From contig JBEKSS010000001.1 of the NCBI GenBank assembly GCA_049516875.1, positions 32,001 through 96,000 on the forward strand: a stretch of 64,000 bases of DNA. Reading direction: 5' to 3'. Shown piece after piece: positions 50,077-58,768 of the stretch (within the stretch, counting starts at the first letter, position 1; every line of letters begins with the position of its first letter). Under the pieces are notes generated by a model that did not search any database, was not told the origin of the DNA, and saw only the letters and a program-made list of their open reading frames with translations. The stretch is from Candidatus Bathyarchaeia archaeon (GTDB lineage: Archaea; Thermoproteota; Bathyarchaeia; Bathyarchaeales; Bathycorpusculaceae). A program made the position numbers and the translations under genes.

Positions 50077-50760
50077 TTATGGTTGAGAGCTTAGAATTTT
50101 TCGTATATGTTGAGCGATTCTGTCGTAGGCCTCGAAGGCTTCCCGGGTTGGAAACGCCTTTCTCCCCACAATCCCGTCGTACTTTACGGGAATCCCACCA
50201 ATCACGATGGTTGTGATTGGTGAAATTACAGGCATTATCCCCACATATTGATCCTTCTTGTAAGGAGTTACCATGAGGTTTGGCGATCCAAGTTCAAGCA
50301 GCATATTCTTCAGTTCCGAGTCTGCGTTCAAAAGCTGCGCCAGTTCTCCGCCCTCCCAATTGTAATCGACGATTTCGCCGGTGGGGAAGCCTTTCTTGAT
50401 CTGTTTGGCCTCCGCCTTAAGTTGGTTCTCCAGGTTTCCCACATTTGCCCTTACCACATAGTTATACCTGTAGACCAGGTGACCTGGGCCGCCTGAGACC
50501 CCACCACCTGCGCCGATCCTGGATACCTCTACTAAGTCGATGTTTCGGCCTTCGACCTTGACACAACCCAGCGGAGGAAGGTTTTCCATGGTATAATAGA
50601 TATGACTGGTTCGAGAGTGATGTATGGCTTCGGGGCTCTTGAAGTCCAACACTGTTGCTTCTACGCCGATCTGTCGAAGATGCTCACACAACTCGTTTAT
50701 CAGGCCAACTTCGCGGGTGCGCGCCTCGATCGCTCCCCTTATCTTCTTAAAAAAACTCAT
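50077..50760 (-). CDS. Hypothetical protein
   Basis: Start MSFFKK with GGAGG SD; WEGGELAQLLNAD, FPTREAFEAYDRIA. Confidence 0.7.
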   Translation of the reverse strand: MSFFKKIRGAIEARTREVGLINELCEHLRQIGVEATVLDFKSPEAIHHSRTSHIYYTMENLPPLGCVKVEGRNIDLVEVSRIGAGGGVSGGPGHLVYRYNYVVRANVGNLENQLKAEAKQIKKGFPTGEIVDYNWEGGELAQLLNADSELKNMLLELGSPNLMVTPYKKDQYVGIMPVISPITTIVIGGIPVKYDGIVGRKAFPTREAFEAYDRIAQHIRKILSSQP

Positions 50761-50862
50761 CTGCAACCCCTCCACTTCAATCAATAGTTAACCGTTCTTG
50801 TAAATTAGACTTTTTCTTACTCGTCTTTTTCTTTGAAGAATCTTCCATGTTCTCTCCACCTC

Positions 50863-51285
50863 CTAGTGAAGTGCTTTGATATCTCCTTTCCTCTGAGAAC
50901 CACAATTAAAGCAGGTCTTGTTCTCTAACTCGTTCAGACAATCACAGTATTCGCACTTCCAGAAAGTCTTATTTCCAAGGACGGTAGCTTTAGTAGTTTC
51001 TTGGTTTGCAGTCATCTTCCCTTTCAATTCATTTTCACAAGCAAAGCATATTCCTGTTCCCCATTCGGGATGTTTCTTCCACCATGCCTCAGGACCCGTC
51101 CATCCATTCGGAGAACTTTCTGGCACATAGCTTCCAAATGCTCTTTGGTTGGGAAGTTTTATTCCACAGACCAAACAATGAGAGCAACAAGTTTGACAGT
51201 AGTTCTTTCCTCTATTTCCTGAACCGCTAAATCTGTAAAGTTTCTTACATCTCTCACAAGTCTTCTTTTCAAACATCTCATTCAC
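50863..51285 (-). CDS. Cys-rich zinc-finger protein
   Basis: Several CxxC pairs, C-terminal WKCEYC...CFNCG; GAGGTGA SD. Confidence 0.7.
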   Translation of the reverse strand: MNEMFEKKTCERCKKLYRFSGSGNRGKNYCQTCCSHCLVCGIKLPNQRAFGSYVPESSPNGWTGPEAWWKKHPEWGTGICFACENELKGKMTANQETTKATVLGNKTFWKCEYCDCLNELENKTCFNCGSQRKGDIKALH

Positions 51286-51626
51286 CTCTTAATGTTAGGT
51301 ATGGCTCTCGGCACATGCCGATATTATTCCAGCAAGTGCAAGAAACAATGCACCACACAGGAGACCGAGAGAAACATTAGTGTCTCCCATGAGATAGGAA
51401 ATAGCTCTCGCGCGCGCGCCGTAACCACCGCCATTCTTTTCATGCAGTAACACGTTTTCACAAGTGGACATAGATAGTTCCTCACTTGCTACAATTTCTG
51501 ATTGAAGCTTAGCACTTATAAGACTTCAGAAGCCTGAATCAATTCAATTACTTCAACCAAGTTATTGGTTCATGGTAGTGGGCTAAACTTAACGCGCGCT
51601 CAGTGCAATTCAAACCGCACATTTAT

Positions 51627-51946
51627 CTAATTTCTTTGCCAGAAATGCTTCTTCTTGGCTTGTTCCTGCTGTTTGGACGCGATGGGTTCTTCGCGCTGTG
51701 TCGGTTCGTTTGCCTTTTCTTTCTTAACCTCGATTTCTTCACTGACCTCTTTGACGGCTTCTCTCACAGCCCTCAGCTTTATCTCTTTTATTAGGCTCAC
51801 ACCTTTACCCATGATTACGCCACCCGCATATATGGAATAGCAGAAGCGCCTCTGAAAAGAATGGAGATGCCAAAATAGGGGGGAATAATCACAACTATAA
51901 GTCCAATTGCCAGCAATGCATATCCGACAATTTTGTGAGACTCCAT
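51627..51946 (-). pseudogene. Membrane protein remnant (frameshift/internal deletion)
   Basis: MESHKIVGYALLAIGLIVV continues in another frame as YAGGVIMGKGVSLIKEIKL. Confidence 0.45.
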
Positions 51947-52542
51947 ATTAAAATCCCTCGCTTGATATGCACTAATTAGTTCACTTGTATTGATTAGTTT
52001 TATGGACTATTAATATACATTATGAATGCAACGCGCGTTATCTATGGCGAAGAGTTCGCATTGGTTTGAGGACTGCTCTTCGCAGCCAAGTCGCGACTGT
52101 CTGTCTTGTGAGCTTCATGTGTTCCTTTAAGTCGCCTACACTCAGCACAGTAGCCCAGCTTGTCTATGCTCTCGTTGTGAGCTCTGAGTTGGGCGTGGAT
52201 GGTTGCAGCGGAGCGGTCGAGTGCGCGCGCGGTGTAGTACGGTTTTCTGTATGTGTATGATTTTGTTTAGCTGTTTCTATTTCTAGTTTCTCTGTATGCT
52301 GGGGTTTAAGTGTACGTATAGCGTACTGTACGATTTTTCTGGGTGTTTTGTGTTAGTGTTGTAGCGTGTTCTTGGGTGTTTCTGTTGTTTGTTCCTAATG
52401 TTTTCTGTTCTGGCAATAATACATACAATAATAGCGAAAGACGTGAAACACACAATGGCAGACATACCAAAACCAGATAAGATACAAACCAAGCGCGTGG
52501 AGCTTAGCGTCGTCGTTCGTCGTCGTGCGTGGAAGGAAGGAA

Positions 52543-52558
52543 ATAAAACTTTACCCCC
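52543..52558 (-). repeat. Palindromic boundary site 10
   Basis: ATAAAACTTTACCCCC. Confidence 0.88.
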
Positions 52559-52632
52559 AAAACCCAAGTCTTAAATATGCCCGAATTGGACTGATGACAA
52601 GTTGCGATACGTGGAATAGGCAGTGTTGCTTC

Positions 52633-53385
52633 TTGCCAAAGAAAGACTCTGTGATGAGACAGTGGGACGACGCGGCAGAATCCTGGGTTGATTTTGTGAG
52701 GCAGGGTAAGGACTATTACAGGGATGAGCTTAACAACCCTGCAGCTTTCAGACTGATAGGAAACGTGAAAGGTCAACTTGTGCTGGACTTGGCCTGCGGC
52801 GAAGGATACAACACCCGAATACTGGCCCGAAAAGGTGCCAGAGTAACAGGGGCAGACTTTTCGGCGAGACTGATAGGACTTGCGAGAATCGAGGAGGCCA
52901 AAGAGAGGCTGGGCATAGACTACCGTGTTTCAGATGCTGCTGACCTGTCTGAGTTTTCAGGTAATTGCTTTGACCTTGTGACTTGTTTCATGGCGTTGCA
53001 GGATATCAAGAACTACGAGAGAGCGGTATCTGAAGTGGCAAGAGTGCTGAAGAACAGAGGCCGGTTCGTGTTTTCAATTCCTCATCCGTGTTTCGAAATG
53101 ATAGTTGACAAAGGAAACAGAATAAGCACAACTACGAGATATTTTGGAGCTGCAGAGGACCATATTCGTTGGAAAATGGAGAGACTCCTGAAACCATTCG
53201 AGACTACAAGTTTTCACAGGACATTAACCGACTATTTCAGTGTGCTCTATAAGAACAGGCTTCTCATAAGAAGGCTCGTGGAGCCACAGCCGACAAAGCA
53301 AGGGATCAAGAAACATCCACCTCTCAAAGAAGTTCTTCTCAGACCACAATCAGTAGTAATAGAAGCAGTAAAAGAGCCAATCTGA
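52633..53385 (+). CDS. Class I SAM-dependent methyltransferase
   Basis: VLDLACGEG, FDLVTC, ARVLKNRGRFVFSIPHP; start uncertain. Confidence 0.9.
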   Translation: MPKKDSVMRQWDDAAESWVDFVRQGKDYYRDELNNPAAFRLIGNVKGQLVLDLACGEGYNTRILARKGARVTGADFSARLIGLARIEEAKERLGIDYRVSDAADLSEFSGNCFDLVTCFMALQDIKNYERAVSEVARVLKNRGRFVFSIPHPCFEMIVDKGNRISTTTRYFGAAEDHIRWKMERLLKPFETTSFHRTLTDYFSVLYKNRLLIRRLVEPQPTKQGIKKHPPLKEVLLRPQSVVIEAVKEPI

Positions 53386-53404
53386 GCAGACCTCTAAGGA
53401 GATT

Positions 53405-53423
53405 GGGGCAAAGTTCTATCCCC
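53405..53423 (+). repeat. Palindromic boundary site 11 (diverged)
   Basis: GGGGCAAAGTTCTATCCCC, 17/19 to consensus. Confidence 0.75.
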
Positions 53424-53545
53424 TCTTCCTCCTGACTACCACGGCGTGGGGAAGAGAACCCGCCCTGCCTGCTGTGCACCCTGCTGGGTGTCCCGTATAT
53501 GCCGCGGCATACGCAGGGAAGAAAGGCAGTATGCAAGGGGCGCGT
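53423..53545. ncRNA. Candidate structured non-coding RNA
   Basis: GC-rich intergenic; CTCTTCC/GGAAGAG hairpin plus nested stems CGCCC/GGGCG, CCCTG/CAGGG, TATGCC/GGCATA. Confidence 0.3.
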
Positions 53546-53600
53546 GCGATGAAATATGCAATTCCGACAAGCAAGTTGACAGTGCCCCCCACCCGCTACT

Positions 53601-53609
53601 CTTATAAAT
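53601..53609 (+). promoter_or_regulatory. Putative TATA box of mtnP-apt
   Basis: CTTATAAAT about 24 nt before ATG 53633. Confidence 0.45.
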
Positions 53610-53632
53610 TCACGGTATTTTAGTAGATTTCC

Positions 53633-54418
53633 ATGCAAGCAGAAATCGGAATCATCGGAGGAACAGGCTTTTACGATCCGCAGCTTATCAACAACGGTAA
53701 GGAAACAAAGCTTGACACACCCTATGGGCCGCCTTCAGACTCGATTATTGTTGGCGAATTGAAAGGCAGAAAGGTAGCGTTTCTGCCGCGACATGGGAAG
53801 AAGCACACGATAAGGCCGACGGACGTAAATTCGAGAGCCAACATATACGCGTTGAAGGAACTGGGTGTTCAACGTATTCTGGCCCCGTCAACAGTAGGTT
53901 CTTTGAGGGAAGAGTACAAGCCTAGAGACCTTGTGTTCGTTGATCAGTTCATAGATAGGACGACAAGGCGGGAACAGTCTTTCTACACGGGCCCGAAGGT
54001 GTGCCACATTTCGGTGGCAGAGCCGATGTGTCCCGACTTGAGGAAGATTCTGACAGAAGTGGCTGAGGAAATGAAGATAAGTTATCATAAGACTGGCACC
54101 TACGTTTGTATAGAAGGCCCGAGGTTTTCAACGAAGGCCGAGTCCAAGATGTTCAGGAGGTGGGGCTCCGACGTGGTTGGTATGACAGTCGTTCCCGAGT
54201 GCGTTTTGGCTCGTGAAGCTGAGATATGTTATGCCTCGATAGCGACTGTGACTGACTATGATGTGTGGAAAGATCATCCCGTAAGTGCTGGTGAAGTTGC
54301 TAGGACTATGAAACAGAACATCGAGAAAGTTAAGAGCGTCATCATGGAAACAATTGCAAGAATGCCCAAAGAAAGGACGTGCGAGTGCAAAGACGCATTA
54401 AAAAGCGCATCGGTTTGA
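53633..54418 (+). CDS. mtnP: 5'-methylthioadenosine phosphorylase
   Basis: IGIIGGTG, RHG, ANIYAL, EGPRFSTKAES, GMT, TDYD. Confidence 0.93.
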   Translation: MQAEIGIIGGTGFYDPQLINNGKETKLDTPYGPPSDSIIVGELKGRKVAFLPRHGKKHTIRPTDVNSRANIYALKELGVQRILAPSTVGSLREEYKPRDLVFVDQFIDRTTRREQSFYTGPKVCHISVAEPMCPDLRKILTEVAEEMKISYHKTGTYVCIEGPRFSTKAESKMFRRWGSDVVGMTVVPECVLAREAEICYASIATVTDYDVWKDHPVSAGEVARTMKQNIEKVKSVIMETIARMPKERTCECKDALKSASV

Positions 54419-54442
54419 AAACGCACCATCAGTTGAAGTGAG

Positions 54443-54976
54443 GTGTCGAGTTTGGATCTGAAGTCGAAAATAAGGAGAATACCAGAGTTCAAAGGCGTCG
54501 TTTTCTGGGACATAACACCCCTTCTGAAAGACAAGGACGCCTTCAGAGAGTGCATTGAACGGATGGCAAACCACTTCAGAGGCAAGAAAATAGACTTGGT
54601 AGTTTCAAACGAAGCCAGAGGCTTCATAATAGGAGGCGCATTAGCCTACGAACTTGGAGTTGGCTTTGTTCCAATCAGAAAGAAAGGCAAACTGCCCTCA
54701 AAAGTAGTGAACCTAACGTATAACAAGGAATACGAATCAGACACGATTGAGATTCACGAGGATTCCATTGAACCCGGCCAAAATGTTTTGCTCGTCGATG
54801 ATCTGCTGGCAACAGGAGGGACGATAAAAGCCAACGCAGAACTGGTTGAAAAGCTCGGGGGAAGAATTGTGGGCATGGGCTTTCTGATAGAACTTGAGTA
54901 TCTGCGTGGAAGAGAATTTCTGGGAGACAATTACGACATCTTCTCGATAATAAATTATGAAACGACCGCAGGATAG
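54443..54976 (+). CDS. apt: Adenine phosphoribosyltransferase
   Basis: FWDITPLL, EARGF, RKKGKLP, VDDLLATGGT. Confidence 0.95.
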   Translation: MSSLDLKSKIRRIPEFKGVVFWDITPLLKDKDAFRECIERMANHFRGKKIDLVVSNEARGFIIGGALAYELGVGFVPIRKKGKLPSKVVNLTYNKEYESDTIEIHEDSIEPGQNVLLVDDLLATGGTIKANAELVEKLGGRIVGMGFLIELEYLRGREFLGDNYDIFSIINYETTAG

Positions 54977-55122
54977 ACTTCAAGGCTACTTATCTAGCGC
55001 GAGATGCATTCCTGTCTTTTCACAGCTACTACGTGAAGGTGGCTTCCTGTACCCGCAACATAAGGCTCATCGTAGATTCTATGCAATATTTTGGCCAACT
55101 TTTTCTTTTCCGCGCGCTAGCG

Positions 55123-55273
55123 TGTTGCTAAATTCGGTGAATTGGCATGAACTTGTTCGATCACGCTTGGGCTTGGACAGACACCCATGATATGGTATGT
55201 AGAAGTTTGATGAAAACGCAACCATGCTTGGAAGGCAAGCAGAAATTAACACAAACAATAGGATTTAGCAACG
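55123..55273. mobile_element. MITE-like element of the same TIR family
   Basis: TGTTGCTAAATTC ... GGATTTAGCAACG, ends 5 nt from GCGCGC (left) and GTGCGC (right). Confidence 0.65.
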
Positions 55274-55378
55274 CCCTAGTGCGCGTCAGTAGCCTGTTGT
55301 TTGCGGCTCCTCTCACGTAAGCACGCACCGACATTCTTATCTGAAAGTCCCGTTGTAACAATCAAGCGGAAAGGCCAA

Positions 55379-55783
55379 ATGAAGAAGAAAAGACTGGTCA
55401 CCCTTTCACTATCAATACTTATCATCGGCGCCGTAGTTGCAGCCTTCATCGCCATGAAGAATGCTCCTGCGCAGACTGGCGTATGGCAACAATCTGCCCA
55501 GATTTCAGGCACAGGACGGCAAGACACCACAGAATTCGTAATGAACAATCAGTGGCGCATAATCTGGACAATTCAGAACCAAACTACGAGCCTGTTCCTT
55601 GTCGCTGTCTACGCCAAGAATGGCACTGGATACTCCCCCATTGCAGACGCTGACGAATCAGACACAAACGCGACACAAGGCATCCTCCCAGTGGTTTACA
55701 CGGGCGGATTTGTTATCCGAGTGGTTGCATCAGACGACACTGAATGGACTCTGCACATCCAAGAATTCGTCAAACCAACCTAA
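55379..55783 (+). CDS. Secreted/membrane-anchored hypothetical protein
   Basis: MKKKR + hydrophobic anchor, beta-rich domain. Confidence 0.7.
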   Translation: MKKKRLVTLSLSILIIGAVVAAFIAMKNAPAQTGVWQQSAQISGTGRQDTTEFVMNNQWRIIWTIQNQTTSLFLVAVYAKNGTGYSPIADADESDTNATQGILPVVYTGGFVIRVVASDDTEWTLHIQEFVKPT

Positions 55784-55851
55784 TGCGCATGTGTCGAAAG
55801 CCGAATATGAGCCCCGGCGCGCGTCGGTTCGCAAAGTGTGTGTGCGTTTCT

Positions 55852-55951
55852 TGGTGCGGTCGCCGGGATTTGAACCCGGGATCACAAGCTTGGAAGGCTT
55901 ACACTCGCCTTTGAAGGCTTTGTGTCCTAAACCAGTCTAGACGACGACCGC
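55852..55951 (-). tRNA. tRNA-Gly(UCC) with 21-nt intron at 29/30 (55899-55919), CCA encoded
   Basis: Acceptor GCGGTCG/CGACCGC; spliced anticodon stem CAAGC/GCTTG with loop CTTCCAA; BHB ACAC/GTGT. Confidence 0.88.
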
Positions 55952-56006
55952 CCTTTTTTCTGCAGTAAAATAGCATAGGGGGTATAGATAAGATTTCTTT
56001 CTCGGC

Positions 56007-56675
56007 CTACCGCGGTTTCTCGTCCGGCTTGAAGAGTTTCTTCTCATGTTTGGATCTCGGTTTGAAACTGCCGCGATATTTCGGCATTGAAGTCTTCTGT
56101 CGTTCCAAATTCCTTATTCTGGCATAAAGTCTTGACACCTTAGTTTTTGAAGGCGTTTTGGGTTTAGGAATGCGCACATGGACAGGCGTGAATGGTTTCT
56201 TGATCTCGCTGCTAAGGCCCCTTTTTTTCCTCGGCATTTCTTTCACTTTTTTGAAGACGACGCAGCCTTCTTTCAGGTTCACTTCTCGCACCTCCCAGCC
56301 TGCGTCCAGCCAGCCTTTAGCATGCGGGCTTCCAGGCAGGTTGTCCCACCATTCTTCGCTACGATAAGCGCTCATAGGCAAGTTCTCACCGATTATTCCA
56401 TCCATGCGAGCGAAGCTAAGCTTAACCGTACTCGTAAAAGCACCTCGGAACCTCAGATAGCTTGTCAGTCCACCGTATCTGGACACGCTTTTCGGCGCAA
56501 CTATCCTCCGCGCACAATTCAGGCAAAGCAACTTCGTCGGGTCGCCTGTAGAGACATCGGGAACCATACAGTCCCTGCAGTAGAGTCGCCCACACCTCTG
56601 ACAACGTCTAAGATAACTGTACGAGAGAACCCTGCCGCACAATCCGCACTCGTCCTTGAAAGGCATTCCAATCAC
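56007..56675 (-). CDS. Zn-finger + DUF7662-like domain protein
   Basis: Four CxxC pairs; LSFARMDGIIGENLPMSA...WWDN...WLDAGW. Confidence 0.7.
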   Translation of the reverse strand: MIGMPFKDECGLCGRVLSYSYLRRCQRCGRLYCRDCMVPDVSTGDPTKLLCLNCARRIVAPKSVSRYGGLTSYLRFRGAFTSTVKLSFARMDGIIGENLPMSAYRSEEWWDNLPGSPHAKGWLDAGWEVREVNLKEGCVVFKKVKEMPRKKRGLSSEIKKPFTPVHVRIPKPKTPSKTKVSRLYARIRNLERQKTSMPKYRGSFKPRSKHEKKLFKPDEKPR

Positions 56676-56806
56676 TAGTGACTCTCAAACGCTACGTATC
56701 AGTTAGGCGGAAGCTTTTGATATAGACTTCGCCAATTCTGTAAGAACATCGAGGCTTATCGCAAGACTTATAGACACCAAGCCATGAAAACAAATCGAGG
56801 GCTTTA

Positions 56807-57166
56807 TTGCTTTTCAGTGAGTATCTGCATGAGAAAGCGGAAGAGTCACGACACAATGAAACCATCGGCTACCTAATAATCATCACTGGCTCAGTGTTCT
56901 TCGTGGGCGGCCTGCTTGAAACAATAATAACAGCCATATTAGGTGGTGCAAATCCAGACTGGTTCCTGATATTCCCTTATCACTTCACGCCCAATCCGGA
57001 CAGCCTCCTCGGCACATCTCTGACCTCCGTGGGCATTGTCCTAATCTTTCTCGGAATAGCCTTGGCAATACACTATGCGAGAGAGAGATCATGGTACATG
57101 AGGGAGCTTCACAGGGCACATTCTGTGGAAGAACAGAAACTGAGAACAGAAAAGAAAAACGAGTGA
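56807..57166 (+). CDS. Conserved small membrane protein
   Basis: YLHEKAEESRHNE, 2 TM. Confidence 0.7.
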   Translation: MLFSEYLHEKAEESRHNETIGYLIIITGSVFFVGGLLETIITAILGGANPDWFLIFPYHFTPNPDSLLGTSLTSVGIVLIFLGIALAIHYARERSWYMRELHRAHSVEEQKLRTEKKNE

Positions 57167-57220
57167 AGGCAGACTAGCTGAAGCAAGAGAAGGGGAAGTC
57201 TAGACTCTTCGATAAGAGTG

Positions 57221-58699
57221 CTAGCCTTTCATAACAGCCAAGGGAACTAATCTGGCAACTTTTGTGGCTATCCCGACTTTGTCGCTTACCTCCACAACGA
57301 CGTCAACATTTTTGTAGGCTGGATCTGCTTCCTCAGCCAAGACAACCGGGCTTGCAGCTCGAACGTAAATCCCTCGTCTCTCCAGAGACTTCTTGACGTC
57401 TCCGCCATAGAAGTTTCTTTTTGCCGCACTTCGACTTAGCATGCGACCAGCCCCGTGGGCAGTGGAGCCAAAGCTCACCTGCATAGCCTGCTCTGTCCCG
57501 ACCAAAAGCCAGGAGCTTGTGCCCATGCTTCCTGGGATGAGCACAGGCTGACCTACAGAACGATATTCTGACGGTATTTCCGGGTGGCCGGGCGGAAATG
57601 CTCTTGTGGCACCTTTTCTGTGAACCCAAACTTTCTTCTGGTCCCCGTTAACTCTGTGATTTTCTATTTTGGCAATGTTGTGGGCGACATCATATACGAG
57701 TCTCAGTCCGAACTTTTCGGGGTTTTCTCTGAAAACCTGCTGGAAGCTCTGTCGAACCCAATGAAGGATTGTCTGTCGGTTGACGAATGCGTAGTTGACG
57801 GCGCACGCCATCGCTTGATAGTAATCTTCTGCTTCTTGGCTTTTTCCAGGCGCACACGCAAGCTCCCTGTCGGGCAGGACTATCTTGTACTTTTGAACCG
57901 CTCTCTCCATGACTCTCAGGTAGTCTGAGCATACTTGATGGCCGAAACCTCTTGAGCCGCAGTGAATCATTACAGTGACCTGGCCTTCGTGTTCTATTCC
58001 GAACACTTTGGCTGTCCGCGAATCAGTTATTTTGTCCACCTTCTGGATTTCCAGGAAGTGGTTTCCTGAGCCCAGAGTGCCAATCTGCGTTAACCCCCTG
58101 TTTTTTGCGTTTGATGAAACTTTGTCAGGGTCGGCGTTTTTCATGCAACCATTTTCCTCGCAGTGCTCAGCATCTTCAGGCCAGCCCAGCCCCTTCTCGA
58201 TCGCCCAAGGAACACCTCTCGCGGTAAGCGTGTCCAAGTCGTGTTGCGACACTTTGAAGTCTTTTCGGCGGCTTCCAAGTCCGCAGGGAACGTTGTTGAA
58301 AATGGCGTCCACAAGCTGACCGAGCTTTGGCCTTATGTCCTGTTCAGAAAGGTTCGTCGTCACGAGGCGAACACCGCAGTTGATGTCGTAGCCCACGCCG
58401 CCTGGACTGATCACACCTTCTTCATAGTCTGTCGCGGCTACACCGCCTATCGGGAAACCGTAGCCTTCATGCCCATCCGGCAGGGTAATTGAATATTTGT
58501 ATATGCCAGGCAAGTGTGCAACGTTTACGCACTGCTGAAGGGTTCTGTCTGTCTGCATCTTGTCCAGTAACTCTTTGTTAGCGAAGACCATGCCGGTGAC
58601 CTTCATGTCCGGCTTGTACTTCGGAATGCGCCAAGAGCAGTCGTTTATCTTTTCAAGCGGAATTCTCCCCGAAGGAAGATGACCTTCTCCCTCTTCCAT
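57221..58699 (-). CDS. rtcB: RNA-splicing ligase RtcB
   Basis: PDGHEGYGFPIGG, YDINCG, GSGNHF, HRKGAT, HGAGR. Confidence 0.96.
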   Translation of the reverse strand: MEEGEGHLPSGRIPLEKINDCSWRIPKYKPDMKVTGMVFANKELLDKMQTDRTLQQCVNVAHLPGIYKYSITLPDGHEGYGFPIGGVAATDYEEGVISPGGVGYDINCGVRLVTTNLSEQDIRPKLGQLVDAIFNNVPCGLGSRRKDFKVSQHDLDTLTARGVPWAIEKGLGWPEDAEHCEENGCMKNADPDKVSSNAKNRGLTQIGTLGSGNHFLEIQKVDKITDSRTAKVFGIEHEGQVTVMIHCGSRGFGHQVCSDYLRVMERAVQKYKIVLPDRELACAPGKSQEAEDYYQAMACAVNYAFVNRQTILHWVRQSFQQVFRENPEKFGLRLVYDVAHNIAKIENHRVNGDQKKVWVHRKGATRAFPPGHPEIPSEYRSVGQPVLIPGSMGTSSWLLVGTEQAMQVSFGSTAHGAGRMLSRSAAKRNFYGGDVKKSLERRGIYVRAASPVVLAEEADPAYKNVDVVVEVSDKVGIATKVARLVPLAVMKG

Positions 58700-58768
58700 T
58701 TTTTCACCTGTTACTACACGAAAAGTAAAGAAGCGCAAATATAAACCATCTTGACGTTTTACAACAAG

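Noticed and set aside
12048-53423. Boundary sites as a CRISPR array
   Set aside because: Spacing is 0.5-3.4 kb, orientation is mixed and intervals contain genes; no 30-45 nt spacers.
55899-55925. UCA (Sec/opal suppressor) anticodon
   Set aside because: CTTCAAA lies in the intron and lacks a matching anticodon stem; the spliced product is Gly(UCC).
57221-58699. Intein in RtcB (or LeuRS/EF-2)
   Set aside because: Lengths are normal and no splicing motifs are visible.
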